Shown piece by piece: positions 55,801 through 64,000 of a stretch of DNA of 64,000 nt; the first letter of the stretch is position 1, and each line of letters begins with the position of its first letter. Source of the stretch: an uncultured Verrucomicrobiota bacterium. GTDB taxonomy: Bacteria; Verrucomicrobiota; Verrucomicrobiia; Limisphaerales; SXQI01. The notes under the pieces were generated by a model, which worked only from the letters and a program-made list of their open reading frames with translations, did no database searches and was not told the origin of the DNA. The DNA lies in contig CAYZKY010000007.1 of the NCBI GenBank assembly GCA_964478815.1, positions 14,512-78,511 of the forward strand. Reading direction: 5' to 3'. Both the position numbers and the translations under genes were made by a program.

Positions 55801-57711
55801 TCAGCAGCGCGAGCATAGAATGTCGGCAACGCGAAAGGCGTTGGCCTGGATGGTTAGGGTGGGATTGGCTCCACCGCTCGTTGGCATGAAAGAACCATCG
55901 GTCACGTAGAGGTTGTCGAAATTCCAGGCCCTACAGTCTGGATCGAGGACAGAGTCATCTGGGTCGGTCCCGAAGCGAGCGCCGCCCAAAATATGATTGG
56001 CAATGCGAACCGTGTTGGCGACTTTAACCCCGTAGACGCTTCCAAATTCAATTGTCATCTCATCGTCCTTGATGCCCGGAAACGTTTCCCTCGTCCCGGC
56101 GACCAGGATGTCCCGGCATTGCTCGGCCATTTTGCCCATCAAGTATTCGTCGTGGGGATGCCAGTCCTTCACAATATGCGCCACTTTCCGGCCCCATTTG
56201 TCCTGAATCGGATGCAAGCGGATGTGATTATCGAATTGCGGAATTTGATTGGCCATAAAACTGACCGAGAGACGTGTACCGAAGTCCGTGCGGAGCCAAT
56301 CGAGCAGCTTGTTTCCGAACAATGACGAATCATTTTTGAATCCGTCCCAAAGCGTGTCCAGGTCTGCGCTCCCGTGCGTCCGGGCTAGGGAGATCGGGAG
56401 CGCTTGATCGGATGTGTTATTGTAGATGGCTGCCCCTGCCCAGAGGCCTTGGTCTTTGATCCAGTCTGGGTGCGATGCGAAGTCTGTCGCGAAGTCGCTG
56501 TCCAGCGACACAGATTTGTCGAACCGGCGGCCTGGTATTTCGTTCCACTCTCGGGTGTCGTGTTTATAGAAGCCCGCTTTTAGCTTGATCTCGGCTCCGC
56601 CAAAACAATGCGTCAGAAAGAATCGTCCAAGTAGTCCCTTTGCGGTATCGACCTTTAATCGCGCTCCCATGTTAACTGGATCCTGCTCCGCAGACAGCAA
56701 GAGCAGGCGGACGCTTTCGATGGCCGAGCAGGCCACGATGACGAGTTTACCTTTGACAACGCGTTCGCGTCCGCTCGGGTCACGATAATGAACGCGGTCC
56801 AAACGGCTTCCGACTGCTTCCAAGTGTGTAACAACACAGTTGCAGCGGAGGATCAAATTATCCGGATGTATTTGCATGGTCGGACGCAACAGCGTGACCC
56901 AAGTATTTGATTTCAACCCGAGCGGATCGCCGTAGCGATTGACGTAGCCGGTTTTTGGATTGGCGGCCTTTCGTCCCGAAGGAGCGTGATCCTCGGTGAT
57001 CACAGCAAGCGGCGTGCGATATGGATCAGGGGCTTTTGCACCGAGCCAACCTCTGGCCACGGCCGCCATGCCTCGCTGCGCGATCGGACTGATTGGATTC
57101 GGTGGAGGTGGAGTCTGATAAGGGTCGAGAACATTTGGAGCGAGTTTCTTGAGCTGACCGGCCCGGCTCCCGTTAATACCCACCAAGTCCTCCGCCTTCC
57201 GGTAATAACGCTCCAGATCAGCATAGGAGATTGGCCAGTCGCGCACATGCGCTAGCGCGTCGCCGCCCGGATCGCCCTTCAACGTGCGCCCAGTGTTGAA
57301 CGTCTTTAACTTAAAATCCTCCTCGGAAAAGCGCAGGGAAACCGCCCCATACAATTGCGTACCCCCGCCTACCACTTGCCCCGTGTAACCTTCAATCGTC
57401 ACCACAGGCTTCTCTTCCACAGTCCGCCCGTGTAAGTGCGGTTCATCATTGAGATCTGGTTCGACGAGGTTCGGATAGAACGACGCTCCAGTATTCGCCA
57501 TGTTCGGAACGGTGACGATGCGCTGGCTGCCAAAACCGTACAGTTCGTCCCGCTTGAAATCGCTCAAGGGGTTTCCGTGGACATCGTCTTGCGTGCGCAG
57601 CCGCGGACCCTTCTCAAGCACCAGGACGCGTTTGCCAGCGCGTGCCAAGGTGTAGGCTATGGGCGAACCGCCCGCTCCGCTGCCGATGATCACTGCGTCA
57701 AATTCTTCCAT
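55801..57711 (-). CDS. GMC-family FAD-dependent oxidoreductase
   Basis: Start MEEFDAVIIGSGAGGSPIAYTLARAGKRVLVLEKG (16 nt after the upstream stop). The C-terminal ..NLYVTDGSFMPTSGGANPTLTIQANAF is typical of GMC enzymes. Confidence 0.85.
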   Translation of the reverse strand: MEEFDAVIIGSGAGGSPIAYTLARAGKRVLVLEKGPRLRTQDDVHGNPLSDFKRDELYGFGSQRIVTVPNMANTGASFYPNLVEPDLNDEPHLHGRTVEEKPVVTIEGYTGQVVGGGTQLYGAVSLRFSEEDFKLKTFNTGRTLKGDPGGDALAHVRDWPISYADLERYYRKAEDLVGINGSRAGQLKKLAPNVLDPYQTPPPPNPISPIAQRGMAAVARGWLGAKAPDPYRTPLAVITEDHAPSGRKAANPKTGYVNRYGDPLGLKSNTWVTLLRPTMQIHPDNLILRCNCVVTHLEAVGSRLDRVHYRDPSGRERVVKGKLVIVACSAIESVRLLLLSAEQDPVNMGARLKVDTAKGLLGRFFLTHCFGGAEIKLKAGFYKHDTREWNEIPGRRFDKSVSLDSDFATDFASHPDWIKDQGLWAGAAIYNNTSDQALPISLARTHGSADLDTLWDGFKNDSSLFGNKLLDWLRTDFGTRLSVSFMANQIPQFDNHIRLHPIQDKWGRKVAHIVKDWHPHDEYLMGKMAEQCRDILVAGTRETFPGIKDDEMTIEFGSVYGVKVANTVRIANHILGGARFGTDPDDSVLDPDCRAWNFDNLYVTDGSFMPTSGGANPTLTIQANAFRVADILCSRC

Positions 57712-57727
57712 ACATCGCTTTCCGCTC

Positions 57728-58792
57728 TTAGCCTCGGTAAGCCGGATCCCTTCCATACGGAGGTTCCTGGCACAGTGCGTAATCAAATGGAAATTGATCC
57801 GCCAACCAATGCCATCCGGCCGAATTGGCATTCCCGCCATATTTCGGATGGCAGAACGCACCTGTCCAGACATGCCGCCGCATCAAAAAGAGGAAATATT
57901 GGGGATCGGCATATAAATCCGATTTCCAGCCAGGCACCTGCCCCTTCGACATTTCTGTGTAGAGGGTTTCATACATCGACTCTGGCATATCGCGCGGTTC
58001 CAGATAAGGATTTCGCTGTCGAAGAATGCGATTAATCTGCAACAGACACGACTTGTAGGCAGGCAGATGTTGCCGTTCCTCTCGAGCAAGTATCTTGTCG
58101 ATATAGTTGGCGACTCCGATCGCGTGATCAAGTTTGTGCAATTGCGGGTCGAGGGTTTTCCGGGGCCCTCCACCAGGGTTATTTTGAAAGAGCTCAGCTT
58201 CGCGCGAATTGAACGGGAGAATGTGATTGGTAATCCGTTTTATCAAGGTGAGTTCCCATTTCTCCAGAACCACTGATTCGAAACAACCGAATGTGAAAAA
58301 GACGGAAACTTCTTCGCCGTTGGCTAGGCGCTCGCGCTGAGGATTAATCGGGTCAGGTTGGACTTTGCCGTTCACGATGAGCGCATAACGATAAACCCTC
58401 GCCGCGCGCAATAGAACGGTCCTCGCCATATAAAGCGAATCCTCGACTCGTTGCAACGGAACATTGACAACGCTCGCATTGGGCAATCCGGCTACAACAA
58501 CTTCCGGAGTGGCTAGAGCCTCGGATAATTTATAAATGAAGGTGACCTCGTTCCATTCCAGTCGTTGTTCTGGAGTCAACTCCCGGTCGCCATGAGCTTC
58601 AACGACGGGAAATCGCCAACTTTCACAATAGCGTCCCGAAACGCCAGCACCATTTACGCCAAAATAGTCGTGTCGACGGACAGTCCCCTCCGACAACGAC
58701 CAATCTCCGACGTCGCGGCTCAGATATTTCGCGGTCAGATCGTATATGTGCGAGGCGTAATCAGGGTAAGGCTTCAAGATTCTTGTGTTCAT
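57728..58792 (-). CDS. gluconate-2-dehydrogenase-subunit-3-like partner protein with N-terminal CBM48/E-set-like module
   Basis: C-terminal ..GAFCHPKYGGNANSAGWHWL (small-subunit family motif). N-terminal VTFIYKL..VVVAGLPN..YRYALIVNGKVQPDPINP resembles glycogen-binding CBM48. Confidence 0.6.
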   Translation of the reverse strand: MNTRILKPYPDYASHIYDLTAKYLSRDVGDWSLSEGTVRRHDYFGVNGAGVSGRYCESWRFPVVEAHGDRELTPEQRLEWNEVTFIYKLSEALATPEVVVAGLPNASVVNVPLQRVEDSLYMARTVLLRAARVYRYALIVNGKVQPDPINPQRERLANGEEVSVFFTFGCFESVVLEKWELTLIKRITNHILPFNSREAELFQNNPGGGPRKTLDPQLHKLDHAIGVANYIDKILAREERQHLPAYKSCLLQINRILRQRNPYLEPRDMPESMYETLYTEMSKGQVPGWKSDLYADPQYFLFLMRRHVWTGAFCHPKYGGNANSAGWHWLADQFPFDYALCQEPPYGRDPAYRG

Positions 58793-59141
58793 GAGAAAAT
58801 GGCACCCGCTCGCTTAATCAGGTGCATTTTGGCAGGCAATTTGCGGGCCGCAAGCTACAATTCTGACCGTTTCTGGATTGTAACTGATCGAGAGCTAAAT
58901 CTCATTTTCCTCGCGGAACTGCTTTGATTTTGCCTTCAACCAGAAATCTTCGATTCAATGTTTGACAAACAGCGATTCTGAATCGGCAGAATCGTTTTGT
59001 CTCCAGAAAAACTCCCTGACTGTGCTTTTCGTCAGCGGATCCGCGCCTTCCGCGACCAGACCGTTGCGGGTGCATCCGAGCACCCTGTCCAACAGTTCAA
59101 TTGTGATTGCCGTTTGTCAAGCCTTTCCCCTCTGTTGAAGT

Positions 59142-60032
59142 TCACTCTTTCGTTTTCGACGGGATTCTATTGAGGTGTCCTTGCCAAATAGATTCAGAAT
59201 GCCCGCTCCCAACTTCGCGGCTTATGTCCCGCGCCTCGGTTAGATACTCACGTGCCCGTCGAAAGTCACCCATACCCGCAAATGCCAACCCGATTTCCCC
59301 TAAATCCGTCCCGACTTCAAACCCGTTACCGCCAATGGAGTGGATTCGCAGCGCTTCGAACAGGACCTCCAAAGCCTTTCGAAAATTGCGATTGTCGAAA
59401 TGTATCGTGCCACTCAGCCGCAATTGGTCACCAAGGAGCCTCTGATCACCGTTGGTTCCTATCATTGAAATTACGGCTTCGCTCATTTGCAAGGCCTCGC
59501 CAAGCTGACGATCTTCAGCAAGTGCCACCGCCAGATTACCCGTCCAGAGAGCCACTCGCCCGGCGTCACCTAGGTCGCGCGCCTCAAGGACGGCGCGCTT
59601 CAAACAGCCTGCCGCGTCTCGGAATCGACGACACCTAATGTAGGCGTTACCGAGACAACTCTGCAATTGTGCGTGGTGGAGCCTTGTCGGGCTGCGATTC
59701 CAATCGTCAAGCTGTTCGGTCGCCGAGACCGCGACATTGAGCCATTCCGCCCACTTTTCCCCAGGCAATCGAAGACCAAAGATTGACGGGCTTGCAATCG
59801 GCAAATGCGCACAGATTTCCGCAATCTGAGTGTCGCCATGAAATAAAGGAGCAAGCGTCTCGAAAGTGTGCTCAAGTTGTGACCACTCTTCGTCAAAGGC
59901 TTTAAGGGCCATGATTTGGTTACCCGGGCTCTGGTATTGCAGCTCCCAGTAATGAAGCTTCTCAACAAAGTAGTGTCCAAGGCGACGTGTCGCCCTCACC
60001 GAGTCTGTCAAAATGTTTCCGTGTTCACTCAT
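59142..60032 (-). CDS. TPR-repeat protein (probable sensor/partner of the TIR-NB-ARC protein)
   Basis: Start MSEHG.. overlaps the upstream stop (ATGAGTGA). About 8 TPR_12-like repeats (LGNAYIRCRRFRDAAGCLKRAV, TGNLAVALAEDRQLGEALQMSE, LGEIGLAFAGMGDFRRAREYLTEA). Confidence 0.75.
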   Translation of the reverse strand: MSEHGNILTDSVRATRRLGHYFVEKLHYWELQYQSPGNQIMALKAFDEEWSQLEHTFETLAPLFHGDTQIAEICAHLPIASPSIFGLRLPGEKWAEWLNVAVSATEQLDDWNRSPTRLHHAQLQSCLGNAYIRCRRFRDAAGCLKRAVLEARDLGDAGRVALWTGNLAVALAEDRQLGEALQMSEAVISMIGTNGDQRLLGDQLRLSGTIHFDNRNFRKALEVLFEALRIHSIGGNGFEVGTDLGEIGLAFAGMGDFRRAREYLTEARDISREVGSGHSESIWQGHLNRIPSKTKE

Positions 60033-61506
60033 CTCGCATCCATCTCGCAGTCGCCACGAGCATTGAATGAATCCAATATCGCGAATCATTGATACTCTCA
60101 ATCAACCCAGCGTCGTAAAACGAGCCGAGGGTCCTTGTCAGATCGCTACCGCGGACCACCATCGCGACTGACGCGTGGTCTTGCGAGAAAATCGCAGGTG
60201 CGGGGGCCAACGTGGCAAGCTTTAGGAACCGGTTCTTCATCACCTCGGAGAGGTGATGGATGCTGGTTACGAAAAGTGCTCCGACGGTTTGCGAAATCTC
60301 CCCTCCTGGTAGCGGCACGTCTCCAGGCGGTGATTCATCGAGTAGCCGTTGCCTCTCGCCTAGTTCCTTAAAAAGTTCCTCAACCCCAAACGAAGTATTG
60401 AGTTCAGCGCTGACTCGAAGTAGGCGGCCAGCCACTTTAACCGCCAAAGGAAGGTATTCTAGCTTGGCGCACAATTCGCTGCTCAGCGTCGGCGAATGAT
60501 TGACCACAGCCGGAGCAATGTCCCGTAGCAAGTCCAGGGCGTCAGGGGCCTTAAGCACCCCCAGACGAAGTAGATTTTCGTCCGAGCTCACGAAGAGGTG
60601 TGCGATTGCTGGCGCGCGAGTTGTAATCAGGGTCGCACCCAATGGCCCTGCAACCATCAGGCGCGACGTGCCAGCAAGCCAGACGTCATCTAATACAACC
60701 AGCACTCGCTTGTCGCTCAGGTGCTCATGGAGCCGGATGTCAACCGAAGCTGCGTCGCTTCCAACATTTACGCCGCGCGCAGATGCCCACAGCCGCAGGA
60801 TCTCGCCAAAGTCGGGATTGCTTCCTACTGTAGCCCAGAGCACGCCGTCTGGAAATGCGTTCCGGACACGGTCGGCATGAGCAACGCCGGACGCCAACGC
60901 CGTTTTGCCGACTCCTGGCCATCCATAGATCGCAGTTACCGCACTCTTCCCTTTACTCGCACCAACAAGGCGTTTGCAAACGGTTTCGAAGTCCTCTTTT
61001 CTGCCGAATAAATGTGGAGGCGTGAGGGGCGCGGCGCCGCCACGAAAAACGGCGGCTGTTTTGCGCTCGGTTTGAGACTGTTGGCGGGTCGCCTTCCTCG
61101 CAGCAGCGAAGTGTTCATGGAGCATCTGGTAAGCCACGTCCCGCGAACGTCGGAAGTCCAGGTATCGAAAGCGCCGAAGGTCTGGCGGCAGTTCGACATC
61201 CTCCAGGAGCAATGGGATAAATCGCTCTTTTCCATTTCTGGGATCGTCGATCAACACGATTTCGCGCTCTGCAGCTGCCCACTCGGATCCCAGGCCGCGT
61301 GGGGAAAGCACCTGCAAAAGAAAGCGGGAAGTTTGAACGCCTTCAACGACTTTGTGGTAAATATTGCCGCCAAGCGGCACGATCCACCGATCTAGCCACA
61401 CTGCAAAATTGTCGGCGCGAAGTTTGGTGGCTAATTCCTCGACTTCGTCTCCGTCGCGAGAGCTATAGCTCAAAAACACGTCATACTTGTAGGCTTCAGA
61501 GTTCAC
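60025..61506 (-). CDS. TIR-domain NB-ARC (STAND) NTPase
   Basis: TIR: YDVFLSYSSRDG..SEWAAAERE. NB-ARC: IYGWPGVGKTAL (Walker A), RVLVVLDDVW (Walker B), LITTRA, EYLPLAVKV, RYWIHSML. Confidence 0.85.
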   Translation of the reverse strand: MNSEAYKYDVFLSYSSRDGDEVEELATKLRADNFAVWLDRWIVPLGGNIYHKVVEGVQTSRFLLQVLSPRGLGSEWAAAEREIVLIDDPRNGKERFIPLLLEDVELPPDLRRFRYLDFRRSRDVAYQMLHEHFAAARKATRQQSQTERKTAAVFRGGAAPLTPPHLFGRKEDFETVCKRLVGASKGKSAVTAIYGWPGVGKTALASGVAHADRVRNAFPDGVLWATVGSNPDFGEILRLWASARGVNVGSDAASVDIRLHEHLSDKRVLVVLDDVWLAGTSRLMVAGPLGATLITTRAPAIAHLFVSSDENLLRLGVLKAPDALDLLRDIAPAVVNHSPTLSSELCAKLEYLPLAVKVAGRLLRVSAELNTSFGVEELFKELGERQRLLDESPPGDVPLPGGEISQTVGALFVTSIHHLSEVMKNRFLKLATLAPAPAIFSQDHASVAMVVRGSDLTRTLGSFYDAGLIESINDSRYWIHSMLVATARWMRDE

Positions 61507-62522
61507 AGACGAAACTCCATGATTTGCCCGCTCGGAAGCCGAACTTTGACGCCATTCTCGATCCAGGTTTGCGGGTATCGTCCATACATGGACCGATATT
61601 GAGGCGGCACGCTACCTTTCATCGCGGCCTCTTCCAAATGCAGACTGGTGAGCGCGAGCTTCTGATCCGGCCAGACGAGCCCGAGGCCGTCCTCTGTCAA
61701 GTGGCACTTCTGCTTGTGTTCGTCAGTCGCATCTGCGAGTTCCCAGATTCGGTCCCAAGTGAGCGAGATAACGCCGTTGCCGCTTAAGCTGACCGTTAGC
61801 CCTCTGTGGCTCGTGGAGAAGCGCTCAATCGTATTGATCGATACATGCATGCTCTCGGACTGTGTCGCACTGGAGGACACTTCTTGCAGGAGTCGCGCCT
61901 GCAATCGCCTGGCTTCGTAAATGCCACCGAAGGGACAGTCAATCGCAAGGCATCGCTTGAGATACTGAGCAGCCTCTCCGTATTCTCCATAGGCGTGCGC
62001 CACAGCAGCCAAATGATAACCGATGTCGGGGAAATTCTCGATCGACGAAGCAAGGGGGGCTAAGTAACGCTTCGCAGTGGCCGTATCGCCCACGCGGAAA
62101 GCCATCCATCCTCGGGTGTCGGCGATGCAAATGGCGCTTGTGGCGCCGGTTTCGGCCATGCGAATCCACTTGGCGTTCTCGCCAAAGCGTGCGATTGGAG
62201 CGACGTCGGCGATTGCCCAAGCGAGTTGGGTTGCAAGTTGGGGATCGTTCCGCGACTGAAGCGCCTGCTCCAAGATCGGCATCGCCTCCCCGTTTCTGGA
62301 AAGCATGTCGAGCCAGCGGGTATACGCAACCAGGTACGCTTTGTTAACAGAGCCTCGGGAGAGGTGTGCGCGAAGGGCCTGGCTCAAACTGCGCTCGTAC
62401 TCGGAGTCCTGAAACGCCAGCCGCGCGGCATTCAACATAGCAATCTCAGCACCTTGGGTTGAGAACTGCGCAACAGTCACCCGGTGTAACCAAGATTTTA
62501 AATGGTCGCGAATCGACGGCAT
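61503..62522 (-). CDS. TPR-like / DUF2442-like two-domain protein, first gene of the TIR operon
   Basis: 339 aa. Helical-repeat N-terminal half (..YGEYGEAAQYLKRCLAID..). C-terminal ISLTWDRIWELADATDEHKQKCHLTEDGLGLVWPDQKLAL is DUF2442-like. Its stop overlaps the TIR gene start (ATGA). Confidence 0.6.
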   Translation of the reverse strand: MPSIRDHLKSWLHRVTVAQFSTQGAEIAMLNAARLAFQDSEYERSLSQALRAHLSRGSVNKAYLVAYTRWLDMLSRNGEAMPILEQALQSRNDPQLATQLAWAIADVAPIARFGENAKWIRMAETGATSAICIADTRGWMAFRVGDTATAKRYLAPLASSIENFPDIGYHLAAVAHAYGEYGEAAQYLKRCLAIDCPFGGIYEARRLQARLLQEVSSSATQSESMHVSINTIERFSTSHRGLTVSLSGNGVISLTWDRIWELADATDEHKQKCHLTEDGLGLVWPDQKLALTSLHLEEAAMKGSVPPQYRSMYGRYPQTWIENGVKVRLPSGQIMEFRL

Positions 62523-62709
62523 CCATTATTCACTTGCGGGCAAGAAAGAGGCTACGGATGCGTCCGATCAATGTCAAACTCGGGCACGCTGCGGGGCGTG
62601 ATTGAAACTGCCGGTCAGTTTTTGGCGTTCGCTCAATAAATGTCCCACCAGGCGTTAGAGCGGGCGGCTCGAAGCTTTCGAATCTGGCATCGGTGTCTGG
62701 GAAAGGGCT

Positions 62710-63996
62710 TCAAAAGTAAGCGTAGAGGGCCTGGAGGCGGGGCACGGCGAGGGTTTCCGCAAGGTTTTGGGCGAGGGAGGAGACAAGCCAGCGGAGGAAC
62801 TTGACGGAGTGCTGGGTGGCCTGCCGGGCAGCGGTGAGCAGGGGCGAAATGGGGCGGCCCGCCTGCTGCGCGGCCGTCTGGAGCTGTTCCGCCCGCTGGG
62901 CGCGGCGGCGGTCTTCGGCGGCCGGGGCCACCCGGTGTTCGCGGGCGAGCCGGGCGTGGTCAATCTCGAGGAGGTTGTGCGTCAGGGTGAGGCAAAGCGC
63001 CTGCGTGGTGCGGGTTTCCGGGGTGGTGCCCCAGGCCTTGCGTCCGCCGAGCTTGCTCTTCAGTTCGTCGAAGACCTTCTCAATCTCCCAGCGCCGGCGG
63101 TAGAGCTCGGCGAGGAGGCCGGGCGGCAGGCGGAAATCGTTCGTCAGGAACTGGTAGGTCTGGCCGGCCGGGTCGGTGTACGTGACCAGGCGCAATGCGT
63201 GCCCGCCGTTGAGCGCGACGCGCGGATCGGCCTGCACCCCGTGGTTCCGGTCCTCCGCGGGATCGACCTTCCGGTTTTCCAGCACGGTGCGGCCCATGTT
63301 CTCCTTGATCCGGCTCAGGAAATAGACGCCCGTCTCGCGGCGGCCGCGCGCCCAGAAGGGCAGGTCGAGGCCGCCCTTGTCGTCGATCAACAGGACGCGC
63401 GTTCCCTTGGGCGCTTCGTGCTTGAGCCCCCGGGGCGTGACCCGCTCCAGCGCGGAGGTATCGTGCTCGTGGAGCCCCTCCCCGGTGGCCAGGTGGCGCA
63501 GGAGGTGGGTGTGCAAGTTCAGGCTGTAGAAATGGCCGACGGCCATCTTCTTGCCTTGATGCCGGGCGTCGTGGGTGGCGGCCCGGTGCCAGTGCCCGTC
63601 CAGGGCGAAGCACGGATAGCCCGCCAGCTCGGGCAGATCGGCCAGGCGGTCGGCCACCCGTCCGGCTCCGGCGGCCCGCACCTGCGCTTCCACCTCGGCC
63701 AGCACGGCCCGGCGGCGCGGGCTGGCCAGGGCCTGGAAGTAGGCGGCGTGGGCGGGCTCCCCGGCCAGCCCCAGGGCGCGGCGGTGCTGGAGGAAGGCCC
63801 GCCCGCTGGAGTCGGCGCGCAGGACGCGTTCGACGCCCATCCGCAGCCAGCGGGCATCGGGAACCTTGGGACACTCGCGGGTCTGGGCGGCGGCTTCAGC
63901 CAGGCCGGCCAAAGGTTGGAAAAAGGCATCGGTCACGGTGGCTTCAGAATGCAGAATAGACATTGAGCCAATTGTGTCGGACCTCAGGCCAGTCAA
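62710..63996 (-). CDS. IS4-family DDE transposase (apparently intact; IS ends not resolved, may run off the window)
   Basis: 428 aa. ..FALDGHWH.. (D), ..LLIDDKG.. (D), ..YRRRWEIEKVFDELKSKLG (Y-x2-R-x3-E-x6-K signature). Very high GC. Confidence 0.85.
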   Translation of the reverse strand: MTGLRSDTIGSMSILHSEATVTDAFFQPLAGLAEAAAQTRECPKVPDARWLRMGVERVLRADSSGRAFLQHRRALGLAGEPAHAAYFQALASPRRRAVLAEVEAQVRAAGAGRVADRLADLPELAGYPCFALDGHWHRAATHDARHQGKKMAVGHFYSLNLHTHLLRHLATGEGLHEHDTSALERVTPRGLKHEAPKGTRVLLIDDKGGLDLPFWARGRRETGVYFLSRIKENMGRTVLENRKVDPAEDRNHGVQADPRVALNGGHALRLVTYTDPAGQTYQFLTNDFRLPPGLLAELYRRRWEIEKVFDELKSKLGGRKAWGTTPETRTTQALCLTLTHNLLEIDHARLAREHRVAPAAEDRRRAQRAEQLQTAAQQAGRPISPLLTAARQATQHSVKFLRWLVSSLAQNLAETLAVPRLQALYAYF

Positions 63997-64000
63997 GCCT

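Noticed and set aside
60025-60101. 77-nt overlap between the TIR-NB-ARC ORF and the TPR ORF as listed in the ORF track, suggesting a frameshifted single gene
   Set aside because: An internal Met (MSEHG.., 60032) gives an 8-nt ATGAGTGA stop/start overlap typical of translational coupling, so I annotated two genes. The frameshift alternative is kept open in the finding.
1-64000. Scan for rRNA, tRNA, tmRNA, CRISPR arrays, reverse transcriptases (retron/DGR) and Cas-like genes, especially next to the integrases
   Set aside because: I could recognise none by eye. The integrases are not adjacent to any tRNA-like sequence, and the only regular repeats are the iterons, the Gly-linker repeat and the par palindromes. 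A tRNAscan, Infernal or CRISPR-finder run would be needed to exclude small RNA genes definitively.

Overview
Mosaic, generally high-GC accessory DNA with several visibly lower-GC islands. I recognised no rRNA, tRNA or CRISPR array. Gene content suggests a mobilizable plasmid or an integrated plasmid-like element, possibly from a PVC-type bacterium (the taxon is only a guess from protein styles). Left to right: (1) a surface-protein plus RHS polymorphic-toxin locus with a candidate TPR immunity gene (151-9732). (2) A rearranged stretch of transposase debris, five type II toxin-antitoxin pairs, a tyrosine integrase plus integrase 3-prime scars, and two paralogous copies of a hypothetical gene pair (9852-28608). 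(3) Embedded in it, a defence islet (17528-24036): a HEPN (TIGR02391-type) gene, an Abi_C remnant, and a complete four-gene ubiquitin-like conjugation cassette (multi-Ubl/E2/JAB/E1, Bil-type) with a divergent XRE+ImmA (CapH/CapP-like) pair, bracketed by two inverted dead integrases. (4) A plasmid backbone (28642-36774): coupling protein, MobF relaxase, ParA/RHH, iteron oriV, RepA. (5) IS debris, an orphan PKD membrane protein, and two ~1.75-kb direct-repeat modules (ECF-like sigma + small protein + HTH + Dam-type methylase) bracketing a radical-SAM / 2x UbiB / flavin-monooxygenase operon (36777-53225). (6) A GMC-oxidoreductase/cupin operon (53248-58792). (7) A three-gene TIR-NB-ARC/TPR candidate defence locus (59142-62522). 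(8) An IS4-family transposase (62710-63996). The best candidates for new biology are the regulated Bil-type cassette, the split TIR-STAND locus and the rSAM/UbiB operon. All family assignments come from motif recognition by eye and need HMM or structure confirmation.
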